DNA of 62,030 bases, filler included, from Candidatus Coatesbacteria bacterium (lineage in GTDB: Bacteria > JAFGND01), in assembly GCA_016927185.1 (NCBI GenBank). It is 4 parts of 4 records of this genome, joined end to end, with 100 filler letters (N's around TTAATTAATTAA, not from the genome) between each part and the next. Parts side by side here need not be neighbours in the genome. Positions count along the whole stretch, not along the records: positions 42,021 to 54,014 come from JAFGND010000018.1; positions 54,115 to 62,030 come from JAFGND010000020.1; 2 more parts are not named here. One strand, written 5' to 3'. The position numbers were made by a program, and so were the translations under genes. Shown one piece after another: positions 53,120 through 62,030 of this stretch (the first letter of the stretch is position 1; the number at the start of each line of letters is the position of its first letter). A model generated the notes under the pieces. It ran no database searches and had not been told where the DNA came from. It saw only the letters and a program-made list of their open reading frames with translations.

Positions 53120-53598
53120 AGAATCCTTATTGTCTTGATTTTCTGCTCAGCAAAAGGTTTATCTTTACTGTCTCTTTTAACCTTTGAAATGTTCTCGCAA
53201 TATTCATATCCCTTTTTTACCTTGCCAAATGAGGCATACTTCCCATCAAGGTGTTCACAATCAGCAACCATTATGAAGAATTGACTGGAAGCTGAGTTGG
53301 GTTCATTGGTTCTAGCCATGCTAATAACTCCTTTTGTATGCTTCAAGGGATTGCTGAAACCATTTGAATCAAACTCACCAAAAATCAATTCCTGGGATCC
53401 TCCAAAACCAGTTCCTTCAGGACATCCTGCTTGTATCATGAAATCAGGTATTACTCTATGAAAGATAATGCCATCATAAAAATTCTGTTTTATCAGTTTT
53501 AAAAAATTGGATACTGTTTTAGGAGCAATCTCTGGATAAAGCTCCAGAATAATATTACCGCCACTTTCCAGCGCTATTTTAATTTCTATGTTCTGCAT
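53116..53598 (-). CDS. Cyclophilin-type peptidyl-prolyl isomerase
   Basis: APKTVSNF, FHRVIPDFMIQ, SMAR, SQFFI, LDGKYASFG. Confidence 0.95.
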   Translation of the reverse strand: MQNIEIKIALESGGNIILELYPEIAPKTVSNFLKLIKQNFYDGIIFHRVIPDFMIQAGCPEGTGFGGSQELIFGEFDSNGFSNPLKHTKGVISMARTNEPNSASSQFFIMVADCEHLDGKYASFGKVKKGYEYCENISKVKRDSKDKPFAEQKIKTIRIL

Positions 53599-54014
53599 AT
53601 TTTCCTTTCTTTGATTATAGTTGCAGCTTGTAAAAAAGGGTAAGTCCAGTCAAGAATTTTATAAATCTCAACCTTACCGGAGGATATATTGGATTAATTA
53701 TTGTGTTATCATGAAACCAGGACTTTATCCTTGTGCGAATTAGTTTTCATTAATCCTGGAAATAACTTTTGTTTCCTTAAGTCCCTAGATATATTGTCTC
53801 TTCGCCAATACTTCCATTAATATAACTTCCCCACAACTCAGTCCATTAGTCTTCTGGGATAGATTATCAATCCCTCTCCTGCCATGCTGAACAATGCTTT
53901 TTTGAATCTCAATAGAAACTGTTAAGATTCTCTTCCATTTCAGGGAAATCTGCCTCTTTCAAGACAGACTCCCTGGTTATGGAAACAGGGGCTTTCCTTG
54001 TTGATTATTCATTC

Positions 54015-54114
54015 NNNNNNNNNNNNNNNNNNNNNNNNNNNNNNNNNNNNNNNNNNNNTTAATTAATTAANNNNNNNNNNNNNNNNNNNNNNNNNNNNNN
54101 NNNNNNNNNNNNNN
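54015..54114. other. Artificial contig spacer
   Basis: N run with TTAATTAATTAA. Confidence 0.98.
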
Positions 54115-54270
54115 CTTGAACTCCTTCTTGCCTTCTTCAAGTATGCTGTATGCATTGCTTCCTGTTATACCTTCAACAAGAAGCCACTTGTATTGCCATT
54201 TGGCTGAGGCAAGACCTGGAAACAAAACTACAATGCATATTGTTGTTATTATTGAATATACATTTTTCAT
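54115..54270 (-). CDS. 5' fragment of an exported protein (runs into gap)
   Basis: SD AAGGAG, ATG 54270, signal peptide ending in ASA. Confidence 0.7.
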
Positions 54271-54318
54271 TGCTACTCCTTTTTTACGACAATTATATAT
54301 TTAGAATATACAGAAATA

Positions 54319-55572
54319 TCAAATTTTATTCCCTCTCAAAATATGTTTGAATGCCATGCTTATTATAAACCACCATATCATGCTGTTTTCAAGGTCAGTA
54401 TAGTAACACTGGAATAATCCCGAACCAAGAAAACAAACAAGTACAGCTAAGCCAGCAAGTATTTGAGGCTTATTCATGCTGAATAATTTCAGATTCCTTA
54501 GCAGGAAATATATGCAGCTTAACCACAATACAATCCAGCTAATGCTTCCAATCAGACCTCCTGCCACAAGCATATTCAGAATATCACTGTGAGGATGAGT
54601 TCCATATTCCTTCTTATCATCACTTACTTCATCACCATATAAATTAAGTGCATGCTTCTGGAAATTACCTCTGCCTATCCCTGCCAAAGGATATTGCTTG
54701 AAGATTTTGACAGAGGTATTCAAGAAAATATATCTGTCAGTAGTATCTCTCAAATTCTTGTTATGTGTAGATTTTACAACCCTTTTCAAATCTGGATTCA
54801 TATATATCTCTGGGTGAAAAAGTATTAACCAGTATAATAAAATCAGAATCACTATCAGGAAAACCTTGATGGACTTTTTGGGCAGGAAAAATAACATGAT
54901 AATAAACGCAAGAGACAATCCAAACCATGTACTTCTAGCTGCATTCAAGAATCCACCTGTCAAAGTCAATATAGAAGAAAAAGAGGCAATTTTTTGAAAA
55001 TTTCCTGCAGGCAGAATTAATGCAAAAGTCATTATCAAGATAGAAACAGGAACCTGCCACCCCGCATATGTCAATACCCCCCTGAATAAACCTTCATTTC
55101 TGAATATATATCCTCTATGCATCAGACCTGCTTCCTGGAAAAGTCTTACACCTGTATAAGTCTGGAATATGCCATACAATCCCATTATTGCTCCTGACAG
55201 AAAGAGGATTTTCCATAATCTCTCCTCCCTCTTCTCATCAAGTGGTGCAATAAGCACTATAGGAAGCAATACAATTATCCATTCCTGTTTAAGCATTTCT
55301 GATAAAGATTTGTAAGGTGTCTCTGAAACAAGATTAAGTATGAAATGAATAAACAGGTAAACTATTATCATATAGAACCAAATATGAATTTTGAAGAAAT
55401 CTGGTTTCCTTCCCTGAAGAATCTTGTTTATCAGGAGCAAAATCATTCCAGCAATTGAAATTACAATACCAGTTTGTGTTATTGCAATGCTGAAACTTGA
55501 ACCTAATGCAAAAATATATAAACCAGATATTAATAGAATATTCTGGGATTTCTCCAAAACTGGCTTATTCAT
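54319..55572 (-). CDS. O-antigen ligase (WaaL/Wzy_C) family membrane protein
   Basis: Multiple TMs; ARSTW; PLAGIGRGNF; HPHSDILN; start at ATG 55572. Confidence 0.85.
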   Translation of the reverse strand: MNKPVLEKSQNILLISGLYIFALGSSFSIAITQTGIVISIAGMILLLINKILQGRKPDFFKIHIWFYMIIVYLFIHFILNLVSETPYKSLSEMLKQEWIIVLLPIVLIAPLDEKREERLWKILFLSGAIMGLYGIFQTYTGVRLFQEAGLMHRGYIFRNEGLFRGVLTYAGWQVPVSILIMTFALILPAGNFQKIASFSSILTLTGGFLNAARSTWFGLSLAFIIMLFFLPKKSIKVFLIVILILLYWLILFHPEIYMNPDLKRVVKSTHNKNLRDTTDRYIFLNTSVKIFKQYPLAGIGRGNFQKHALNLYGDEVSDDKKEYGTHPHSDILNMLVAGGLIGSISWIVLWLSCIYFLLRNLKLFSMNKPQILAGLAVLVCFLGSGLFQCYYTDLENSMIWWFIISMAFKHILRGNKI

Positions 55573-55576
55573 AGAA

Positions 55577-58231
55577 TCAACCAACAGGTAATTCAGGAAT
55601 AAATATCTTATTGAAATTCTCCATGAATCCAATGATTTCATTTTTATCAATATTATAGATAATTCTTGATAAGTTCTTCGAAGTCCTGAAGAAATATGGT
55701 TTATCCATGGCAAAATCCAGCAGGAATCTTTTTCCCAGCTTTATAAGACTCTTATCAAGTTTGTCTATAGATGTATATCTGTCTAGTATACTTGAAAATT
55801 CCTGAAGTATCTTCAGTCTCTTTCCTTCATCATCAATAGCATAAGCCATCTCAACGATAGATTGCATTTCCCTGGTATACTTTTTATCATTCTGGAGAAA
55901 GGATTGAAAGGAGAATGCATAGATTTCCTTTAAATCATTGAATTCATGACAGTTTGCAATGTAATCTCTGAGTTTTTCAGTATACATAGTTCTCTCTTCA
56001 CTGTTTTCTGGATATGATGCAGCCATTCCTGCAAGTGTCTGATAGAAATAATGATTGTTCTCTATTAATGGAATAATTGCTTCAATCTCCTGGAACTTCT
56101 TTGCTTCAGCAAGAGCATTAGTTATACCAACAAGGCCAGATGTCTTGGAAGTCAATACAAGTACTTCTTTTGCAGATGAGATTATTTCATTGAATATGCT
56201 CATACCTTTTTCTTCATAACCGAGCTGTATATAACGTTTTGCAACATAAGCTCTTGCAGTAAAATTCAATTGCCCTTTTCTCATTCTACTTACAATCCTG
56301 TTTATATCATCAAGTTCCCTCAAATTCCTTGTCTTGTTAACCCAGTATCTTAGAAGGCTTACTTTCAGGCTGTCTTGATATACATGTGTAAAAACAAGGC
56401 TATATAATTCGTAATCCTCTTGTTCAATTATTATATTTATAAGCTCTCCCATAGCCCTGTTTCTGAAAAACTGACTTCCAATCCTTTCTACCTCTTGAAA
56501 TGCATATTTCCATTGACCAAGCTCAGCGAGTAATCTTGCTTTATATGTTTTAAGAACATATTTGTCATTCGGATCCTTGAGAAGTGAAGACATACTGTCA
56601 ATTTTCTTCAAGAGATCCATTGCCTGTTCTTTTTTTTGTGTTTTGATCATAGTGAAAGTTATATAAGCAAGGCATCTGATTTTATGAATTTCGCTCTTCT
56701 GTTCCTTTGCCAGTTTATATGCAAATGAAATCATTTTTATGTACAGGTCCTCTTTTTTCAAATTGTGTGCATAAATGCTGAAGGAAGACAGGAGATTAAC
56801 CAATCCTGGGGTATGATTAACTCCAATATTCTGCTTGACACACCTTGCAAACATATCTATAGATTCTTGAGCTTTTCTTATAAGTATCATTGTATAGATG
56901 AAATAGCCTAGGATTCTGAATAAATCAGGCTTATAGGATATCATCTTCATTTCTGCTTCAATCTGATTCAAGATCTCTGGATCTCCTGCTCCCTGTTTAA
57001 ATAAAGTAAGTGTTTGCTCACATTTTGCTCTAAGATGATCAGGATGAAATGATATCTTGTCTATGAGGGGAATGTTTTCCTTCATTATCTTGTCTGCTTT
57101 AGTGAAATCTTTCAAGTGATAGTATAGCAAAGATAGATGACATTTAAGATGTATCTTTATCTGCAGTGATATGCAAGTATCTATCCATTTCTCTAACGTC
57201 TCAAGATGAGGGGAAACAGATTCATAATTAGACCTGTTCTCTAATACTGACATGAACAAGCTTGATTTAAACTGACCTGGACAATAACTGTCAATGATAT
57301 CCTCTATTTCCGATAAATCCTTTTTTTGTGAAATGTATATCTTTAGAATATCCACTCTATCACGAAGATCTCCTATCTGGTTCAATAAAGGTATGAAACT
57401 TGCTTCATCACCAGTTCTTGCCAGACTCAACGCCATTCCCTTGGTTACATACTGATCCTCTGTCTTGCCGAATTTGCTTATCAGCTCGTCAGCGAGTTTG
57501 TATTCCCCTACGAAAGCTGCGGTATAAGCCAGTTCTGAAACAGATTGAACATTTTCATTCTTTAATATGTCGATTGCCTTCTTGAGATAACTTTTTGATA
57601 ATCTGGATAAACCAAGCTGAAAAGAGAATGAAGAACATATGCAAATATTTCTCAGCAATGCATCTGCATAGCTTTCTCTCTTCAGGATTTCATCAAAATG
57701 ACTTAGAATAAATGCAAAATCCTTCAGATTTTTTATGTCTTTGTAGCTTTGAAAATACTCAAGAATCAGACTTGTTGTTAAATACAATGAATTGTGATAT
57801 AGAAGTTTTATTGAACTTAGATATCCATGTTTCATGAGGTTTCTTATGGTAAGAAAAACCCATTCCTTTATTATATCCTTTTTAATATCAACTTTGGACG
57901 CTATATTTATGATTTCTTCTACCAGGTCTCCCCTGCTTTTATCTCCATTATCAAATTCAATCAGGATTTTGTTCAAAAGGAGAATAAGAGCCAGATAACG
58001 CTCCTGTGGATTACTAATCTGCTTCGAAATGATATGGGGATCATCAGGATTTTCTTCACTTTCTTCTTCTGTACTTCTATTTTTTGTTATTATCAACGCT
58101 GGATTTAGCTTCATTATGCCTTTCAGAATATCATCCCAATCAAAATTTTCATTCATGGTTATATCTGCTTGCTGAAGTTTATTTCCTTCATCTTCCATTA
58201 TTTTTATATTTGTTTTTTGTTTTTTTGACAT
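55577..58231 (-). CDS. Large hypothetical alpha-solenoid protein
   Basis: 884-aa ORF of recurring amphipathic helices; no motif recognised. Confidence 0.75.
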   Translation of the reverse strand: MSKKQKTNIKIMEDEGNKLQQADITMNENFDWDDILKGIMKLNPALIITKNRSTEEESEENPDDPHIISKQISNPQERYLALILLLNKILIEFDNGDKSRGDLVEEIINIASKVDIKKDIIKEWVFLTIRNLMKHGYLSSIKLLYHNSLYLTTSLILEYFQSYKDIKNLKDFAFILSHFDEILKRESYADALLRNICICSSFSFQLGLSRLSKSYLKKAIDILKNENVQSVSELAYTAAFVGEYKLADELISKFGKTEDQYVTKGMALSLARTGDEASFIPLLNQIGDLRDRVDILKIYISQKKDLSEIEDIIDSYCPGQFKSSLFMSVLENRSNYESVSPHLETLEKWIDTCISLQIKIHLKCHLSLLYYHLKDFTKADKIMKENIPLIDKISFHPDHLRAKCEQTLTLFKQGAGDPEILNQIEAEMKMISYKPDLFRILGYFIYTMILIRKAQESIDMFARCVKQNIGVNHTPGLVNLLSSFSIYAHNLKKEDLYIKMISFAYKLAKEQKSEIHKIRCLAYITFTMIKTQKKEQAMDLLKKIDSMSSLLKDPNDKYVLKTYKARLLAELGQWKYAFQEVERIGSQFFRNRAMGELINIIIEQEDYELYSLVFTHVYQDSLKVSLLRYWVNKTRNLRELDDINRIVSRMRKGQLNFTARAYVAKRYIQLGYEEKGMSIFNEIISSAKEVLVLTSKTSGLVGITNALAEAKKFQEIEAIIPLIENNHYFYQTLAGMAASYPENSEERTMYTEKLRDYIANCHEFNDLKEIYAFSFQSFLQNDKKYTREMQSIVEMAYAIDDEGKRLKILQEFSSILDRYTSIDKLDKSLIKLGKRFLLDFAMDKPYFFRTSKNLSRIIYNIDKNEIIGFMENFNKIFIPELPVG

Positions 58232-58388
58232 AGTCTTAAAGTTGAAATAAATGAATATATGTCAAGCCTGTCTCTTTGAATGATCCCAAGGTTTTTCCAT
58301 CAGTTTTCCAGTTTTCACTTGACATAGAAGCATTGACAAATTGCCTTGTAACTTCGTAATGTCTGTTTATTTATCAAGTAGGTAGAGA

Positions 58389-59774
58389 ATGGAAGAAAAC
58401 AGTCTTTTTGATGGAAACACTTCGCAAAACCAATCATTTCCACTGAACAAGAACGCTTTCCTTGACATTGTAAACATCCCTTATGACCAGCTTTACAGAT
58501 TCCTTGGTATGGTTGTAGAAGAGCTCTTCGAGAACAGGGATATAATAAACAATATTGAACAGGAGCTTGATCAGCATAAAGAGACAATTCTGCAATTACA
58601 GAAAGTTGTCCTTGATACTCAGGATAAGATAAAGCAGGAACAGAGAATGATAGAGATATATAAGAGGGAGCGAGAGGAATTAGAGGTAAAAGGAAATGAG
58701 CTCCTGAAAAAACTGAGTGCAAACAGGGAAACATTGAAACAAACACAATCTTCATATAACAGGCTCAGAATACTTCTTGAGGAAGAAAAATCCATTTCTG
58801 CAAGAGTAGGCAAGATAAATGATATAGATGAAGCACTTCATTATGCAAAGAATGCAATTGAAATTCTTCATTCTGACACGAATGATGAAATAAGCAAAGT
58901 TAGGATAGATATTTATCACAAAATCCTCAATAAACTTCTGGAGAAAAAGGGATTGCCACCAGAACAATTCGATATACAAAAACAAGTCGAAAAGAAACCC
59001 AAGAAAACAATGATAGGAACAGTATTTGACGATGATGAGGAGGAGGAATACATAGAAGTTGAAGTTGCACAGGATGAGGGAACTACTATCGATGATATTT
59101 TGGTTCCGGAACCCGAAGAGGTAGCTGAAGAATATGTTATTGTTGAGGAAGAAGAGAAAATTCCAGAACCTATTTCAGAGGCTAAAGATACTTCAAAAGA
59201 AACAATAGAAGATGTCAAGATTGATATTGGGGAAATCAAGTATTTTGAAGAAATGGAACCATCCAGCGAGGAAAAAAAGGAAACAGCATCTATATCAGAC
59301 CAGAAAACAGCGAAACCTGAAAAGAAAGAAACAAAGCCAGATTCCAAGCTTATCATTACAGATGATGAGAAGAGAACAGGCGAAGAAGGTTCAGTTGGTG
59401 TAGAATCATCACATTTGATAGATAACAAAGACTGGGTTATGGAGTTCATTTCCAAGAAGAAAGACCAGACTGAATATATTAGTGAGCTGGAAGCAAAGAA
59501 GACTGAATTATTTAACAAAGTCGAGAAAATAAAGAATGAAACAAAAGAAAAAGAAAACGATCTGATGCTGAAAACAAAGCAATTGCTGGATGACAGAGCT
59601 GAAAAAAGCAAATCATTCCTTTTTCGCAAGAGAAATGTCACTGACGAAGATATAAAAAGACTGGAAGCTACCATTCAATCAATAGAAGAACAAATCGAAA
59701 AACTGACTAATCAGAAAGCCGATTTTGATGAGGAAATTAAAAATATCGAGCGAGAACTGGACACATTAAGATAG
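58389..59774 (+). CDS. Hypothetical coiled-coil protein with acidic low-complexity centre
   Basis: E/K/Q-rich heptads at both ends; DDDEEEEYIEV...EEVAEEYVIVEEEE centre; SD GAGG. Confidence 0.8.
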   Translation: MEENSLFDGNTSQNQSFPLNKNAFLDIVNIPYDQLYRFLGMVVEELFENRDIINNIEQELDQHKETILQLQKVVLDTQDKIKQEQRMIEIYKREREELEVKGNELLKKLSANRETLKQTQSSYNRLRILLEEEKSISARVGKINDIDEALHYAKNAIEILHSDTNDEISKVRIDIYHKILNKLLEKKGLPPEQFDIQKQVEKKPKKTMIGTVFDDDEEEEYIEVEVAQDEGTTIDDILVPEPEEVAEEYVIVEEEEKIPEPISEAKDTSKETIEDVKIDIGEIKYFEEMEPSSEEKKETASISDQKTAKPEKKETKPDSKLIITDDEKRTGEEGSVGVESSHLIDNKDWVMEFISKKKDQTEYISELEAKKTELFNKVEKIKNETKEKENDLMLKTKQLLDDRAEKSKSFLFRKRNVTDEDIKRLEATIQSIEEQIEKLTNQKADFDEEIKNIERELDTLR

Positions 59775-59805
59775 AAGAAAGCGTCTATGAAGACGCTTTC
59801 TTTTT
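59775..59805. terminator. Bidirectional terminator
   Basis: AAGAAAGCGTCT-atga-AGACGCTTTCTT between convergent stops. Confidence 0.85.
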
Positions 59806-60673
59806 ATCCCAATCTCTCTTTCAATAAACCGGGTATCTTGCTTATGAGTGTTGCTACAGGAACTCCTACACTTTCGAATTTCTCTATCTTGTCTTTTGCT
59901 GTTGTTCCTCCACCAGTAATAATTGCTCCAGCATGCCCCATTCTTTTACCCGGAGGTGCTGTTTTTCCTGCTATGAATGAAACAACAGGTTTTGAAATAT
60001 TCTCTTGAATGTAATCTGCGGATTCCTGTTCATCATTTCCACCAATTTCCCCTATCAAAACTATGGCATCAGTTTCAGGATCTTTCTGGAAATGAGATAA
60101 AGCATCAATGAAATTGGTTCCTATTACAGGATCTCCTCCTATACCTATTGAAGTGCTCTGACCATATCCTGCAAGGACAAGTGAATATACTACTTCATAA
60201 GATAATGTACCGGAACGAGATACAACGCCAATGTTGCCCTCCCTGTGAATATGTCCTGGCAGTATTCCGACTTTTGATTTGCCTGGAGAAATCAATCCTG
60301 GACAATTAGGTCCTATAAGTCTTACATTCTTTTTTTTCAAATAATCATGGAGTATAAGCATGTCCTGGGTTGGAATTCCCTCTGTAATACATACTATAAG
60401 AGATATACCGCTATCTGCTGCCTCGTACATTGCATCAATTGCAAAAGCTGGTGGAACAAAAATCACTGAAGTATTAACACCAGTTATCTTGACTGCATCT
60501 TCAACACTGTCGAATATTGGTATTCCTTCAATATTCTGACCTGCCTTGCCTGGAGTGACTCCTGCGGCAACATTTGTTCCATAATCAAGCATCTGCTTTG
60601 CATGGAAAGCTCCATCCCTGCCAGTAATTCCCTGAACAACGAGTCTTGTTTTCTTATCTATGAAAATACTCAT
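59804..60673 (-). CDS. sucD: Succinyl-CoA synthetase alpha subunit
   Basis: QGITG, GPNCPG, SRSGTL, MGHAGA. Confidence 0.97.
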   Translation of the reverse strand: MSIFIDKKTRLVVQGITGRDGAFHAKQMLDYGTNVAAGVTPGKAGQNIEGIPIFDSVEDAVKITGVNTSVIFVPPAFAIDAMYEAADSGISLIVCITEGIPTQDMLILHDYLKKKNVRLIGPNCPGLISPGKSKVGILPGHIHREGNIGVVSRSGTLSYEVVYSLVLAGYGQSTSIGIGGDPVIGTNFIDALSHFQKDPETDAIVLIGEIGGNDEQESADYIQENISKPVVSFIAGKTAPPGKRMGHAGAIITGGGTTAKDKIEKFESVGVPVATLISKIPGLLKERLG

Positions 60674-61824
60674 TATAAAGCACCTCCCTCGGCAACTTTT
60701 ATTGCATGCTTTGCAGCTTCCTCCATATTGGAAAGTGCATTAAATCCCTTTTGAAGAAGAATTTCCCTTGCAATCTTCTCATTTGTGCCTGTCAGTCTTA
60801 CAATAACAGGAGGGATATCCTTGAGTGTCTCAAGGGCAATCAACAAACCCTTTGCTATGTCATCACATCTGGTTATTCCACCAAAGATATTTATCAGAAT
60901 GGATTTGACATTCTTGTCGCTTGAAACAAGTTCCATAGCAGTCTTCACCTTCTCCGGACTTGAAGAGCCTCCGACATCAAGGAAATTGGCAGGTTCACCA
61001 CCATAATATTTTATTACATCCATTGTTGTCATTGCAAGTCCAGCTCCATTCACTATACAACCTATGTTTCCTTCCATGGGAACAAAACTCAGGTTCATTT
61101 CCTTTGCCTTCCTGTCATTATCTGTCTCCATTTCTGGATCATACATCTCAGTTATATCTGAGTGACGGAATAATGCATTGTCATCGAAATTGATTTTCGC
61201 ATCCAGTGCACAGACAGCACCTGTCTTGAAAGTGACAAGCGGGTTAATTTCTGCCAGTGAAGCATCCAGACATCTGAATAACTTGAAAAGATTTGCTGCA
61301 ATCTGCGATGCCTGTTTTACCATTGATGGATCCTTATACAGGAATTTCGCCAGTTTCCTTGCCTGGAATGGCATCATTCCGACTGCTGCATCAATCCATA
61401 TCTTGAATATCTTGTCAGGAGTTTTTCTTGCAACTTCTTCAATTTCAACTCCTCCTTCTGCGCATGCCATGAAGCAATATGCTTTCTTTCCTCTATCCAG
61501 AATAAGTCCCAGATAGGATTCAGAAGTGACAATTAACTTTGGATCATTTGCTACTACATAGACTTTGCTGACTTTGTATCCCTTGATATCCATGCCAAGA
61601 ATGCTTTTTGCTGCCTCTTTTGCCTGTTCTGGAGTTTCAGCGAATTTTATTCCTCCAGCCTTTCCCCTTCCTCCAACATGTACCTGAGCTTTTACATAGA
61701 CTGGAACCTTGAATTTCGTTGTTATCTCTTCTGCTTCTTCTGCTGTTGTTGCAATTTCCCCTGGCAAAACAGGAATATCAAATCTACTGAAGAGTTTCCT
61801 AGCTTGATATTCATGTATTTTCAT
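60673..61824 (-). CDS. sucC: Succinyl-CoA synthetase beta subunit
   Basis: [30 protein letters not shown]. Confidence 0.97.
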   Translation of the reverse strand: MKIHEYQARKLFSRFDIPVLPGEIATTAEEAEEITTKFKVPVYVKAQVHVGGRGKAGGIKFAETPEQAKEAAKSILGMDIKGYKVSKVYVVANDPKLIVTSESYLGLILDRGKKAYCFMACAEGGVEIEEVARKTPDKIFKIWIDAAVGMMPFQARKLAKFLYKDPSMVKQASQIAANLFKLFRCLDASLAEINPLVTFKTGAVCALDAKINFDDNALFRHSDITEMYDPEMETDNDRKAKEMNLSFVPMEGNIGCIVNGAGLAMTTMDVIKYYGGEPANFLDVGGSSSPEKVKTAMELVSSDKNVKSILINIFGGITRCDDIAKGLLIALETLKDIPPVIVRLTGTNEKIAREILLQKGFNALSNMEEAAKHAIKVAEGGAL

Positions 61825-62030
61825 AATCCCTCTCCTTGAATTAATTTTGCCTTACATCCATAAAAAGCATTGTTTTTGTCCACAGAAAAATCGAGTGTTT
61901 CTCCATTTTCAAGAAATGTCATATATAGAATAATACTATATATTGAATTCCATTTGTTCTTTACTTTAGTTTCTTTCATTAATATTCCTTTTTAATTGTG
62001 CAGGGATATCATTTCTATCCCTGCGTTTTC

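Noticed and set aside
53660-54014. Possible gene remnant or ncRNA at the contig end
   Set aside because: Only short frames without recognisable motifs and no convincing structure; cannot be supported.
58916-59674. 252-aa antisense ORF
   Set aside because: Ser/Phe-rich shadow of the Glu/Lys-rich plus-strand gene.

Overview
AT-rich bacterial draft or metagenome-assembled sequence made of four contigs joined by 100-bp N/TTAATTAATTAA spacers (10330-10429, 41921-42020, 54015-54114), so adjacency across the spacers is not biological. The organism looks diderm (OmpA-domain, Omp85-like and O-antigen-ligase genes). Five genes end in T9SS type-A-like C-terminal sorting domains, which suggests an FCB-related lineage (inference). 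Housekeeping genes: rsmE, prmC, rpoD, glyS, efp-accB-accC, aconitase, ogt, glgA, a cyclophilin and sucCD. RNA genes: tRNA-Glu, tRNA-Lys and a partial rRNA operon (16S 3' part, tRNA-Ile, tRNA-Ala, 23S, 5S). Accessory content: a type IIG restriction-modification gene with an AT-rich specificity region, glycosyltransferases, a PEGA/Ser-Thr kinase/WD40-lipoprotein operon, a C25 peptidase and PQQ-repeat proteins. The most striking signal is one reading frame at 392-2209 that the ORF track splits in three: signal peptide, papain-fold (C1A) domain, two Ig-like repeats, sorting domain. It has an in-frame TGA where papain has Cys22, followed directly by a bacterial-SECIS-like hairpin, so it is a candidate secreted selenoprotein. 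It also carries an in-frame TAA and has lost the canonical catalytic residues, so pseudogene decay remains a real alternative.
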